From Squalus acanthias (taxonomy: Eukaryota), in contig CM059432.1 of the NCBI GenBank assembly GCA_030390025.1, positions 53,012,001-53,076,000 of the forward strand: a stretch of DNA of 64,000 nt, read 5' to 3'. Below, piece by piece: positions 25,484-38,945 of this stretch. The notes under the pieces were generated by a model. That model ran no database searches and was not told the DNA's origin. It saw only the letters and a program-made list of their open reading frames with translations. Positions within the stretch are counted from its first letter, which is position 1, and the number at the start of each line of letters is the position of its first letter. The position numbers and the translations under genes are program-made.

Positions 25484-26932
25484 GACCAAATCTTGCTGGA
25501 AAAATAATGGTGTGTTAACAATGCACGCTGATATTAATGCACAAGTTGGCAAGCAAGTTCAGGGGATTAAGAGATGTGCCATGAGTTGCAAAGCTCCGGA
25601 ACTTGCTGGTCAATTTCTGCCGCTCCGCCGTTTGGTTTGCACAAACGGAATCTCGCCCTTAGCCTCCCTGTTATTTTTAAGAACTTGCTGGATTTGCACA
25701 TTAATTTCACATTAAACTCACCACAGAAAGTTAAGTCTGCTCATTAAGAGCGTAAGTACCCTTTTAACGCTGTGATAATTGTTAATGCAATGCAATCAAC
25801 CTCTCTGGCCCAGAAAGGGAACAATTTAAACTGTGGAGTCTCATTCCTTCAGGTGGTAAATCGTTCTTACAAATTTTAGGGCTGTGAAATTCCCCCTCTT
25901 AGTGCCGGAATTTAAGGACGGTTTCGGCAGAAAAATGGTGGCCACTTCCGGCGCGAGCCGCAGCGGTCGCCATTTTGGGCAGGTCAGTAGCGCGGTCGAT
26001 GCCTGCATGCGGCAGCAGAATGCAAATGAGTCAGGTCGTGACAAGGGTAGGGTTGTGGTGAGGGGAGGGGGATAAAGCAAGAGTGCATGCTTACACCATG
26101 TGCATCTTGTAAATCAAAAACGATTGAGAGATGAGGGGGAAGTGAGATGTGGGAAGGAGAATAACGTATGAGGCTACCGGCATCTTGTATTATTTCTCTC
26201 TCTCTCCCTCCTGTCTCTCCCCTCCTCTGTCTCCTCCCTCCTCTCACCCTGTCTCTCTCTTCCCCTTCTCTCACCCTGTCCCTCTCTTCCCCTTCTCTCT
26301 TTATCCCCTCCTCTCTCCTCCTCTCTCTCCCTCCTCCTCTCTCCCTCTGATCTTCTCTCTCTCACTCCTCCTCTCCCTCCTCCTCCTCTCCCTCTGATCT
26401 TCTCTCTCCCCTCCTCCTCTCTCTCCCTCCTCCTCCTCCTCTCTCTCCCTCCTCCTCCTCCTCTCCCCTCCTCCTCTCTCTCCCTCCGATCTCCTCTCTC
26501 CCCCTCCGCTCTCCCCTTCCGCCTCTCTCCCCCTCCGATCTCTTCTCTTTCTCCCCCCTCCAATCCCCTCTCTTTCTCCCCCCTCCAATCCCCTCTCTCT
26601 CTCCCTCCTCCGATTCCCTCTCCTCCCTCCGATCCTCTCCTCCCTCCGATTCTCTCTCTCTCTCCTCCCTCCGATTCCCCCCTCTCAATCCTCTCTCTTC
26701 CCGCCCCCTCCCCCCGACCACCAACGGATCCCCTGACCTTCTCCTTATGGATCCGAGGAAAGTGTGACCCACAGGCCGCAACTGTTGGGTACTGCGCATG
26801 CGCGGCTTCGGTAACTAGCGTACATGCGCAGAAGGGGATCGGGTGCGTGTGCGCTGCTCCGGAAACCGTGCGCATGCGCAGGAGGCCGCGAAGATGTTCA
26901 TGCAAATAATCACGGCGGTTAAAATTACCCCC
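25484..26932. mobile_element. Composite of MITE/Harbinger-like remnants. Internal boundaries uncertain.
   Basis: 25484 onward matches 3190-3325. TIR-like gggctgtgaaattc (~25879) and aaaattaccccc (26921-26932). 26150-26190 resembles 28190-28225. Confidence 0.45.
26195..26720. repeat. CT-rich polypyrimidine low-complexity tract
   Basis: ~520 bp almost entirely C/T, with recurring ccccctccgat/ccaat units. Confidence 0.95.
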
Positions 26933-26939
26933 AGTGTTT

Positions 26940-27035
26940 CTGGCGATAGAAGTTCATCGACCTGAAACGTTAACTCTGTTTCTCTCTCTCCACAGATGCT
27001 GCCTGATCTGCTGAGCACTGTCAGCATTTTCTAAT
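26940..27035 (+). mobile_element. One arm of the second Penelope-like family. Degraded copies at ~27780-27925 and ~59020-59300.
   Basis: tcatcgacctgaaacgttaactctgtttctctctctccacagatgctgcc. Confidence 0.6.
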
Positions 27036-27306
27036 TTTTTTATAGTTTGGCAATATCCAACAGCCAAGGAAGAACGGTAACTTTGAATTCTTGACAGAAC
27101 ATAAAGAAGCACTACTATAAGTAGTCAGTCAGACAAAAACCAGTACGGTTTACCATATTGTGCTGAGCCACCTTAACTGCAATTTTGCATAATCAGAAGT
27201 TAAGATTTTCTCCCCTACAGGCTGAAAGTAATTTCTAGCCCAGTGATTCATCATAACTTCACAAACATATTGATTTTTCTACTCAAAAACTCACATTAAA
27301 CTCTTC

Positions 27307-29145
27307 GGGGTAGAAATTCATGTACGCATTGCCATTCCGTAGCACCATGAAATGGCAATAAAAATGACAGCCACCGCCGCTCTTTCGCCAGCTGGTGGCG
27401 GGTCCTGCGGCGAACACCATTTTTGTCTCCCTCTTTGCGCTGCCGGTAACTGGCAGCGCCCTGTAAAAAAAAAAGGCGGCGTGGTGACGTCAATCGGGGT
27501 GCAACGCCGACTTAACATCATCAACGCGAACTTCGACCCTAACGCTGGATTCAGCGCTGGGTCCTAGGCACTGCAAGCAGGCTGACAGTGGCGATGTCTG
27601 CAGCTCTTAAAGGGACACACACATCATTCAGGTAAGTTTGAATTTAAGGGTTTGGACTTGTTTTTTTTGATTTTATTGAAGTGGTGGCTTGCTGCAATAG
27701 ATGTGAAAAGTTTTTTTAAGTGTGTAGGGAGTCCTGCTGGATGCTTGCAAGGGCTCGGATGGTAAATGAAGGCCTTTGAGAAGACAGAACATGCTGCAAA
27801 TACTCATCAGGTCACGCAACATCCTTGGAGAGAAAAACAGAGTTCACATCTCAGGTTGGCATGCTGCCTGACCAACTGAGTATTTCCAGCATTTTATGCT
27901 GTCATTTCACATCCACAGCATCCGCTTGCAGAGGGAAGAGGAGGACGCAGAAGAGGAGGAAGCCAAAGAGGAGGAATCAGACGGAAGGATGCATTCCAGA
28001 CAGCCCCTTTGTGGCCGGGATATCTGGGATGGAATCATCTGCCTGTGGTCCCACTGGCTGGGCAGGCTGCCTCTTCTTGTTGACCCACTGGCTGGGCAGG
28101 CTGCATTTCTTGGGTATGTGAAATGAGGAAGGCACAAGGGTGGAGCTGTGCTGATGGGAGGGCAGGAAAGCAAGAGGCGCATGCCAGAAGGAGGATAACG
28201 TATGAGGATACCCGCATCATGTATCCTTTCAGCACCGCCGCTGGCCAAGGGCTCAACCATGCCCCTGCCAATAATGGCCTGCACCGTCTCCTCCAAGGGG
28301 GTGAGGTGAGGCTAGGAATGGGAGATGTGCCTCATGATTGGTGCAGATTGTTGGTAGGTGAGTGATTGGGGGTTGTGCATTGAGCAGTGTGTGAGGCTAG
28401 TGGTGCAGCTGGTAGGAGATGGCTTTTGAAGATGCATTCACTGACCTTGACCAGTGGTCTGAGGTCATGAAGCTTCTTTGGGCACTGGAGCTAGGTGGTG
28501 GGGACAACACTGCTGGCAGTGATGGCCTTAGTGATGTGGTCCCACATCGTTCTTTCTGGAGGGTCTCTTGGCCCCTGTGGATAGAGGACCGCTCTTGCAG
28601 TGTTGATCCCCTGCACAAAGCTGAAGTGCTGTGTGTGATACCCTCGATGCCCCTTCCCTGGCTTGCTGAGCCATTTGTGTTAGTACTGAGGCAGTTTCCC
28701 CATTTGTTGTGATTAGGAAGGTAATTCAGCTTTAACAGCTGAATATTCACATTTGGAACTTCTTTTAAATTTTGAATATTTCTTAAAAGGCAGAAAGGGC
28801 TGAAAAATGTATTGATTCACTGCATTTTATTTTGTATTGCTTCAGTGTGCATGGCCCCTTTAATTCTCAGACTGCTTCATTGCCCACAATTCCTTGAGAG
28901 CTCCACAGCTTCGCTCACAGAGGCTGTGGGAAGCCGCAACGCCGGACCTGGACAGAAACTTTGTCCCGGATCCCTCCAGCAACGCCACTAGGACAGTGTT
29001 GCATGGAAGGTGAGCACTGTGCCACCTATCTCCATGCCCCCCAGACCAATTTCACTTGGTTAGCATTGCGGCCATTTCCAGCGGCCGTTAACTGCAGTTG
29101 CCGGTGATACCGACAACTTTGCTGGCGAACACGAATTTTTCCCCC
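27307..29145 (-). mobile_element. Harbinger-type element with decayed Myb-like gene exons
   Basis: TIRs ggggtagaaattc / gaatttttccccc. TTC on both flanks. Frameshifted Myb-like segment at 28440-28670 and a second exon MEETVQAIIG..EPLASGGAE. Confidence 0.7.
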
Positions 29146-32100
29146 TTCTTCATTTAGTGTAGTCTTACCTTGGCAAAATGAGGAGTCCTTCAGTAAAATA
29201 ATTATGTGACTTTAATTACTTCAACTGTTGTTCTGGATGGTAACCAATAGGATGTTTTAGGCTGTAGCCTCAATCAATAGATTGGATAGGGGTATTTTGA
29301 GGCTCCAGTTAGTTCTAATTTCAGCTCAACCCCGAAGGCTCAAAGCTGTCTGTAGTTAGGCAAGTGTTTGATGGATGCCAAGACAGAGTCAGGCACGTGG
29401 ATAACAGATACTCATGTCCTCTGGACTGCATATGATAGGATGAGTAATACTGGGCTAAATTTGTAGTCCTAACACTTGGTGGAAATGGGGTGGTAGCGCC
29501 TCAAAAATGGGGGCAATGGCCTACCTCCCTGTTGCTGCTGTGTGTTTACTAGGGCCTATCACTGCGTAGCCAGAGTCAGGTAGTAGGCCCATTTAAAATG
29601 GAAATTAAGGTCCAGGACATTAATAGGACCCTGATTACCATTTTTGGACTGATCTGGTTGGAGCGTGCATTGTGCATCAGTGGTGGTCCAGCCAAAGAGG
29701 ACCAGAAAGGTGAGTTCCTCATCATTTGTGTGAGACTGGGAGGAGCAGGAGTGCTTCTCCCGACCACACAAACCCAGCCTAGGCTGCTTCCCCCACCCCA
29801 GGGGACCTACCTTCCTCCAGCCTGGATACCGTCTGGGCCTCCCAATATTGCGGTGCTTGGTTTTCAACGTCAGCTGCTTGGGGAGAATTCACCTCACTGT
29901 ATTTATCTAGCTTTCAGATATGAAGAACATAGATTAATCCATCCAATGCAGGAATAAAGGTGGAGAGAGAGAGCGAGAGAGAGAGTGACGGGGAGGATTC
30001 AGGTCCATTCAGGGAGATAAGGTTCCACTGAAAACCCAATTACAATAATAAATAAAATGCACAAACAGTGGTGATAATTTGAGGAAGACAAGCCTCCGAG
30101 AGCCGAGCAGTCTCATTTGTAGTCGTGAAACGGCAAGATTGTTTTTTATCCTTGTCTTTGATTTATTTGGAGCTAAATTTTCACGGGTTATAGCGCCAAT
30201 GTACCTGTCTCCTGTACTTGATAGTACCACAGTCAGCTAACGGCCACATTAAAGTGATAAAACTGCTTGATGTGGTATATATCAGATTATCATACAAACA
30301 ACTAAAATCCTGTGTAGTGCATATCTCACGCGTATATTATGGGGAGGGAGGGAAAAAGGTCTGAGAGAATTTCGATCTTTTCCTTAAGACTGGAGGAAGT
30401 TGGCTCTATTCAAATCATAGTTGCCACGACAGCAGAGCTGGTCACTTAAATTCTTTCTCCTGGCATTTAATTTGCATCCATCAGTGCCTGAGTATTCTTG
30501 CTGCTGTTGTGACTGATATTCAGCAGTACTTTCCAAGATTAGATATACCTGAGTGCCCTCTGTTGGTTCTAACAGCTGAACTACACTGGCAGTATTACTG
30601 TACCACTATGATTCAATATTAAAAGGAGTTTGATCAGACATAAGAAATTATTTTAAGTGTCGTTCTGGATGGTAACTGATAGGAAGGCGCAGATCTTCCT
30701 CTGAAGTTACGCCTCCTATTTAGTTTAATTCCAGTAGGTGAGAAGAGAAAATCAGGTGGCGAGGCATTCCACTGGCTCCCCATCACCCAAAGCCACTTCT
30801 AGGATTTTCCACTGTCACTTCTGGGATATCCCACTAGAAGTGATGGGTTTTTGAAACATCTGCCCGAATGTGGATGGGCATATCAAACTAAGGTGCAAAT
30901 ACAGGAATACATGATATACCATAATTGCTGTATTTCGCACCATAACAATGCTGGACGCAAGGGATGCTGAACATTGTTGGTATGCAGCATTATTGTGGGA
31001 TGCAGAGGGGGATTTAAAATTCAAACCACCCCCTGGTTTCTGGAAGGTAATTGATTTTAGGGCATTGATTACAATCCCTCTGTTCCCATTTTTAAAAATG
31101 AATTAAAAAAACAACTTTTCTTTGGCAGCAGCCAGAGAGGCTAAACTTCTGCAGGCGCCTGAGACTTGCAACAGCAATTTCCTCCCTCCTCTGAATGGGC
31201 TGGAATTCCATTGAGATCCTGCGGAATTTATTAGTGCTTGAACTCGGAAAATCGGCTGGGGTCAGAAGTGCAGTCATGGGGCGGGCGGAAATCCTGACCT
31301 GCCAAAGTTGCAGTGTAGGGACTGGGAGGAAATTGGCTCCGGGATTATTTGTGATTACAGTAAGATACGTTGGCAATTTTGGGGCTGTGCCTGCCTGTGG
31401 TGCAGACAGCAGGAAGAAGCGATCTTGATGAAAATTTTGAGGCTCGGCCCTTCCAGAAATTGTAATAGACTCCCAGTAGGTACATAGAAAATAGGCACTG
31501 GGAGCTAAGCCCAGCACTCAATAATACTTTACTTATATATTGTAGGAAATATGCAAAAATAACACATTAATATAACTGCAGGGAACAAATTGCAATTAAA
31601 TATCTCTGCTCCCACCAAAAACAAGCACAACTTTTGAATGTACTTTCAAAACAGAAAGGTAGCTTTAAAGACCAACTACAACAGTCACTACATTTTCATG
31701 CTTGTTCTTGGGATGTGGATGACACAGGCAAGCCAAACTGATTGTCCATCCCTGGTTGCCCTGATGAGGATGGTTTTCTTCTAGTAAATGACCACTTCAG
31801 AGGGCATTTGGAGTCAACCACATATAAGGAGCGGCAGAGAGAAGCCCCAGACTCACTCTCCAACCAGTATTCGGTTCTGAGTACTGGTGAGGGTGATGGT
31901 TCCTCTGGGGGTACAGCCAGAGCCAAGTCCACGGCACCAAGGGTGGCTCAGCTGTACAGGGGGGGAGGAAGAAGAGTGGGAGAGCAGTAGTGGTAGGGGA
32001 TTCGATGGTTAGAGGAGCAGACAGGCGTTTCTGCGGCTGCAGATGTGACTCTAGGATGGTATGTTGCCTCCCTGGTTCCAGGGTCAAGGAGCTAACTGAG

Positions 32101-33358
32101 CGGCTGCAGAACATTCGGAGGGGGAGGGTGAACAGCCAGAGGTCGTGGTCCATATTGGTACCAATGACATAGGTAGAAAGAGGGATGAGGTCCTGCAAGC
32201 AGATTTTATGGAGCTAGGAAAGAGATTAAAAAGCAGGACCTCAATGGTATTAATCTCCGGATTACTCCCGGTGCCACGCGCAAGTGAGTATAGAAATTGG
32301 AGGATAGAGCAGATGAATGTGTGGCTGGAAAGATGTGCAGGAGGGAGGGCTTCAGATTCCTGGGGCATTGGGGCCAGTTCTGGGGGAGGTGGGACTTGCA
32401 CAGGCCTGACGGGTTGCACCACAACAGGGCTGGAACCAATATCCTCACGGGGATGTTTGCTAGTGCTGTTGGGGAGGGTTTAAACTAATTTGGCAGGGGG
32501 ATGGGCACCAGGATGTAACATTAGAAAGGGAAATAAAGTGCTCAAAGGATTGGGAGAGACAGAGAGCATTAAAGTAAGAAATAGTAAGGTATTAGGTGGG
32601 GTCCAACTAAGAGAGAATACAGGATGGTCTAAGATGGGTTTACAGTGTATGTATGTGAACGCACGAAGCGTAGTAAACAAGGTAAGTGAGCTGCAGGCAC
32701 AAATAGCCACATGGGAAAATGATGTTGTGGCAATAACTGAGACCTGGCTGAAAAAAGGGCAGGATTGGGTATTAAATATTGCTGGTTATAAGGTGTTCAG
32801 GAAAGATAGGGAAGGAAAGATAGGAGGTGGTGTGGCAGTATTGATTAAGGAGAATGTTACAGTCCTGGAAAGGGAGGATGTCCTGGAGGGGTCAAGGACA
32901 GAATCTATATGGCTAGAGTTAAGAAATAATAGAGGTGCCATTACACTACTAGGTGTATTCTATAAACCACCAAATAGTGGGAAAGATATGGAGGAGCAAA
33001 TTTGCAGAGAAATTACAGAGAGCTGCAAGAGCTATAGAGTAGTAATAATGGGGGACTTCAAGTATCCTAATATAGACTGGGATTGTAATAGTGTAAAGGG
33101 CAGAGAAGGGGAAGAATTTCTGAAGTGTGTTCAGGAGAACTTTCTTGATCAGTATTCTTCCGGCCCAACGAGGGAGGAGGCATTGCTGGATTTGGTTCTG
33201 GGGAATGAGGTGGGTCAATTGGAGCAAGTATCAATAGGTGAACATTTAGGGAACAGTGATCATAGTATCATAATATGGAGATGCCGGTGTTGGACTGGGG
33301 TGGACAAATGTGAGAAGTCGCACAACACCAGGTTATAGTCCAACAGCTTTATTTGAAA

Positions 33359-33395
33359 TCACAAGCTTTCAGAGCGCTGCTCCTTCGTCAGGTGA
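33359..33395 (-). ncRNA. Mirror hammerhead motif on the minus strand, with a G-U pair in helix II
   Basis: Reverse complement reads tcacCTGACGAaggagcagcgctctGAAAgcttgtga. Confidence 0.65.
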
Positions 33396-33637
33396 AGTGA
33401 AGAGATGCATATAGGCACAGCATATATAGTCAGAGAACACTGCCAGATGATTATAGTTAATCTTTCTAACTGCCCTTTATCACACCTCGGCAGAGAGATA
33501 ATCACGGACACCATCCACACCTTTGATTGCCGTGATTATCTGCCGAGGTGTGATAAAGGGCAGTTAGAAAGATTAACTGTAATCATCTGGCAGTGTTCTC
33601 TGACTATATATGCTGTGCCTATATGCATCTCTTCACT

Positions 33638-33674
33638 TCACCTGACGAAGGAGCAGCGCTCCGAAAGCTTGTGA
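33638..33674 (+). ncRNA. Minimal type I hammerhead ribozyme motif with an intact core
   Basis: tcac-CTGACGA-a-ggagc-agc-gctcc-GAAA-gc-t-t-gtga. Helix I tcac/gtga, helix II ggagc/gctcc, palindromic AAGCTT in place of helix III. Confidence 0.75.
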
Positions 33675-33939
33675 TTTCAAATAAAGCTGTTGGACTATAA
33701 CCTGGTGTTGTGCGACTTCTCACATAGTATCATAAGGTTTAGATTAGCTATGGAAAAGGACAGGGAGCAATCTAGAGTAAGAATGTTTAACTGGGGGAAG
33801 GCAAATTTCAGTGGGATGAGAATGGATCTGGCCCGGGTAAACTGGAATTAAAGATTGGCAAGCAAATGGAACAATGGGCTGCCTTTAAAGAGGAAATAGT
33901 TTGGGTATAGTTGAGGTACATTCCCACTGGGGGAAAGGT

Positions 33940-34455
33940 GATTTATCCAGTATCCCAGAAACCTCTTTGTTTCCTGTAGCTTTGGCAAGGTCCTCTTCCT
34001 TGGTCAACACCGATGCAAAGTACTCATTTAGTACCTCAGCCATGCCTTCTGCCCTCACCAATAGTTCTCCATTTTGGTCCCTAATCAGCCCCATCACTCC
34101 TTTGACAACCCTTTTACTGTTAATATGCCTATAGAAGACCTTTGGATTCCCTTTCATGTTAGCCGCCAATCTATTCTCTTTGCCCCTCTTATTTCCTTTT
34201 TCACTTCTCTGTACTTTTTATATTCAGCCTGATTCTCCCTTGTATTATCAGTCTTTTTCTGCTTTAACTTTTTCTGCTTCATCCTACTCTCCAACTCCTT
34301 CATCATCCAGGGAGCCCTGGCTTTGGTTGCCCTCCTTTTCCCCCTTGTAGGAATGCACCTAGACTGTATCTGAACCATCTCCTTTTTGAAGGTCGCCCAT
34401 TGCCCCATTACATTTCTGCCTGTCAGTATTTGACTCCAATTTACCCGGGCCAGAT
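33940..34455 (-). mobile_element. CR1 ORF2 internal fragment, inverted relative to its neighbour
   Basis: KGNPKVFYRHINSKR, AEVLNEYFASV. Confidence 0.85.
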
Positions 34456-35106
34456 TATTGGATTCAGTTTCATGGCTATTGTGGGATTATGAATTTATGA
34501 CCTTTGGGATGCTAATCCAGTACCATAGCCACAACACTATTGTGCCCTTTTTATCCAGGTTCAGAAAGAATTAGGGAGCTCGCTCAGACAATATGAATTT
34601 TGGCATGGGATTTCGTTACCATAACAAGTAAACTGACCTCGGCGTACTCCTTAGCTACGCCGCCGACTGTGAATTCAGGGTCATTATTTAAACACTTTCT
34701 GCAGTCTTATAACAATAGTAAATATACCTAGTTGGCAGCAGACAAGAAAGGTAAGTTTGGTAAAATTAATTTGACCACATTTAGTCACCACTTACTGGTT
34801 CTATGTGGGAGGAGTTTTAAAGGAAGCTTTACTTTGCATCTGGCTTCCCCTGTAACTGACTGCTGACACTGGGTATAGAAAGTGTAAAAGTATTCCGTTT
34901 TCTTTTCCTAGAATTGTCATTGTGCAGAATTTGCAATCACAAATAGAATAAAAATCCCGAATCACTTTTAGTTTGTTTCTGCTTCTTATGTATCTGAGCT
35001 TAAACAGATTATAAATACATGATACTGTGAAAGTGAGGGTGTTTCTTGAGTATTAAAGAGGGTTACTATTGTATTCCTATCACAGGGTGCTACATTGCTG
35101 GAATGC

Positions 35107-38100
35107 ACATACGAACATACGAATTAGGAGCAGGAGTAGGCCACTCGGCCCTTCGAGCCTGCTCCGCCATTCAGTAAGATCATGGCTGATCCGATTACTC
35201 CACATTCCCGCCTACCCCCGATAACTTTTCACCCGCTTGCTTACCAAGAATCTATCTACCTCTGCCTTAAAAATATACAAAGACTCTGCTTCCACCGCCC
35301 TCTGAGGAAGAGAGTTCCAAAGACTCACGACCCTCTGTGAGAAAAAATTTCTCCTCATCTCTGTCTTAAATGGGCGACCCCTTATTTTTAAACAGTGACC
35401 CCTAGTTCTAGATTCTCCCACAAGAGGAAACATCCTCTCCACATCCACCCTGTCCCGACCCCTCAGGATCGATCTTATATGTTTCAATCAAGTCACCTCT
35501 TACTCTTCTAAACTCCAGCGGATACAAGCCTAGCCTGCCCAACTTTTCCTCATAAGACAACCCGCCCATTCCAGGTATTAGTCTAGAAACATAGAAACAT
35601 AGAAGATAGGAGCAGGAGTAGGCCATTCGGCCCCTCGAGCCTGCTCCGCCATTCGATGAGATCATGGCTGATCATCCAAACTCAGTACCCTGTACCTGCC
35701 TTCTCCCCATATCCCTTGATACCTTTAGCTTTAAGAAATATATCTAACTCATTCTTGAATATATTTAATGACTTGGCCTCAACTACCTTCTGTGGTAGAG
35801 AATTCCACAGGTTCACCACTCTCTGGGTGAAGAAATTCTTCCTCATTTCTGTCCTAAATGGCTTACCCGTTATCCTTAGATTATGACCCCTGGTTCTGGA
35901 CTCTCCAACCATCAGGAACATTCTTCCTGCATCTAGTTTGTCCAGACCTGTCAGAATTTTATTTGTTTCGATGAGATCCCCTCTCATTCTTCTATACTCC
36001 AGCGAGTATAAGCCCAATTGACCCAATCTCTCCTCATATGTCATTCCTGCCATCCCAGGTATCAGCCTTGTGAATCTTCGCTGAACTCCTTCCATGGCAA
36101 GAACCTCCTTCCTCAGATAAGGCGACCAAAACTGCACACAGTACTCAAGGTGTGGTCTCACCAAGGCCCTGTACAACTGCAGCAGGACATCCCTGTTCCT
36201 ATACTCAAACCCTTTCGCTATGAAGGCCAACATACCATTTGCCTTCTTCACCGCCTGCTGCACCTGCATGCTTACTTTCAGCGACTGGTGCACAAGGACA
36301 CCCAGGTCTCGTTGCACTTCCCCTTCTCCCAATCTATTGCCATTCAGATAATAGTCTGCCTTTCTGTTTTTGACACCAAAGTGGATAACCTCGCACTTAT
36401 CCACGTTATATTGCATCTGCCACGCTTCTGCCCACTCACCCAACCTGTCCAAATCATCCTGGAGTTTCTCAGTATCCTCCTCGCAGCACACACTCCCACC
36501 CAGCTTTGTGTCATCTGCAAACTTGGAGATATTACATTTAGTTCCCTTATCTAGATCATTAATGTATATTGTGAATAGCTGGGGTCCAAGGACCGATCCC
36601 TGCGGTACCCCACTAGTCACTGCTTGCCACTCGGAAAAAGACCCATTAATTCCTACTCTCTACTTTCTGTCCGCCAACCAGTTCTCTATCCAAGTCAATA
36701 CCTTGCCCCCAATCCCATGTGCCTTAACTTTACACGCTAATCTCTTATGCGGGACCTTATCGAAAGCCTTTTGAAAGTCCAAATACACCACATCTACTGG
36801 TTCTCCCTTATCTATTTTCCCAGTTACATCCTCAAAACATTCCAGTAGATTAGTCAAGCACGATTTACCTTTTGTAAATCCATGTTGACTTTGTCCGATC
36901 CTGTCACTGTTTTTCAAGTGCTCAGCTATTACATCCTTTATAATGGACTCTAGCATTTTCTCCAATACCGCTGTCAGGCTTACCGGTCTGTAGTTCCCCG
37001 CTTTCTCTCTACCACCCTTTTTGAATAGTGGGGTAACATTGGCTACCCTCCAATCCATGGGTACAGTTCCAGATTCCATCGAATGTTGGAAGATGATCAG
37101 CAATGCATCTATTATTTCTAGGGCCACTTCCTTAAGTACCCTAGGATGTAGATTATCAGGCCCTCAGGCCTCTGAACTGCTTCCAACGCATTACATCCTT
37201 CCTTAAATAAGGAGGCCAATACTGTACACAGTACTCCAGATGTGGTCTCACCAATGCCCTGTATAACTGAAGCATAACCTCCCTACTTTTGTATTCAATT
37301 CCCCTCGCAATAAACGATAACATTCTATTAGCTTTCCTAATTACTTGCTGTACCTGCATAGTAACCTTTTGTGATTCATGCACGAGCGCACCCGGATCCC
37401 TCTGCATCTCAGAGCTCTGCAATCTCTCACCATTTAGATAATATGCTTATTTTTTATTCTTCCTGCCAAAATGGACAACTTCACATTTTCCCACATTATA
37501 CTCCATTCGGCAGATCTTTGCCCACTCACTTAACCTATCTATATCCCTTTGTAGCCTCCTTATGTCCTCTTCACTATTTACTTTCCTACCTATCTTTGTG
37601 TCATCAGCAAATTTAGCAACCATACCTTCGGTCTCTTCATCCAAGTCATTTATATAAATTGTAAAAAGTTGAGGCCCCAGCACTGATCCCTGTGGCACAC
37701 CACTCGTTACATCTTGCCGATCAGAAAATTACCCATTTATGCCTACTCTCTGTTTCCTGTTAGCTAGCCAATCTTCTATCCATGCCAATATGTTACCCCC
37801 AACACCATGAGCTTTTATTTTCTGCAATAACCTTTGATGTGGCACCTTATCAAATGCCTTCTGGAAGTCTAAGTACAGTACATCCACCGGTTCCCCTTTA
37901 TCCACAGCACATGTTACTTCTTCAACAAACTCCAATAAATTGGTTAAACATGATTTCCCTTGTACAAAACCATGTTGACTCTGCCTGATTACTTTGAACT
38001 TTTCTAAGTGCCCTGCTATAACGTCTTTAATAATAGCTTCTAACATCTTCCCTATGACAGATGTTAAGCTAACTGGCCTGTAGTTTCCTACTTTCTGTCT

Positions 38101-38945
38101 CCCTCCCTTTTTGAATAAAGGAGTTACATTCGCTATTTTCCAATTTAATGGAACCTTCCCCGAATCTAGGGAATTTTGGAAAATTAAAACCAACGCATCA
38201 ACTATCTCACTAGCCACTTCTTTTAAGACCCTAGGATGAAGTCCATCAGGACCCGGGGACTTGTCAGCCCGCAGCTCCAACAATTTGCTCAGTACCACTT
38301 CCCTGGTGATTATAATTTTCTTGAGTTCCTCCCTCCCTTCCATTTCCTGATTTACAGCTATTTCTGGGATGTTACTTGTATCCTCTGTAGTGAAGACCAA
38401 TGCAAAATACCTGTTCAATTCAACTGCCATCTCCTTATTTTCCATTATTAATTCCCCAGACTCACTTTTTATAGGACCAACACTCACTTTGTTAACTCTT
38501 TTTTAAATATCTGTAGAAACTCTTACAATCTGTTTTTATATTTCAAGCTAGCTTTTTCTCGTACTCTAATTTCTCTCTCATTAATCTTTTAGTCATTCTT
38601 TGCTGTTTTTTATATTCTGTCCAATCTTCTGACCTGCCACCCATCTTTGCGCAATTATATGCTTTTTCTTTAAGTTTAATACTATCTTTAATTTTTTTAG
38701 TTAACCACGGATGGTGGGTCCTCCCCTTGGAATTTTTCTTTCTTGTTGGAATGTATATATTCCGTGTATTCTGAAATATCCCCTTAAATGTCTGCTACTG
38801 CAACTCTATTGACCTATCCCTTAACCTAATTTGCCAGTTCACTTTAGCTAGCTCTGCTTTCATGCCCTCATAATTGCCCTGATTTAAGTTTAAAATACTG
38901 GTCTTGGACCCACTCTTCTCTCTCTCAAACTGAATGTAAAATTAT
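35107..38945 (-). mobile_element. CR1 LINE (35107-35585 plus 37160-38945) with a second CR1 nested inside
   Basis: RT motifs on both sides of the nested copy. Tail at ~35107. Confidence 0.9.
35586..37160 (-). mobile_element. CR1 LINE 3' part, low-divergence subfamily
   Basis: Own tail gaaacatagaaacatag. ORFs 35682-37127. Near-identical to 61903-63556. Confidence 0.93.

Larger units (their letters stand above)
33274..33722. mobile_element. Palindromic Penelope-like element with ~200-bp inverted arms
   Basis: Arms ~33308-33507 and ~33530-33725. 13-bp TSD catagtatcataa (33261 / 33723). Inserted in the CR1 endonuclease frame. Confidence 0.85.
31830..33938 (+). mobile_element. CR1 LINE 5' part: ORF1 esterase (SGNH) domain and ORF2 APE endonuclease
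   Basis: VVGDSMVRG, CCLPGSRV, HIGTND. YVNARSVVNK, AITETWL, IMGDF, GNSDH. Confidence 0.92.

Noticed and set aside
26149..26905. Long G/E/R-rich ORFs
   Set aside because: Translations of the CT-rich low-complexity tract.
33826..34455. Twin-priming inversion of a single CR1
   Set aside because: The overlapping plus and minus segments are clearly diverged, so they are more likely two separate copies.
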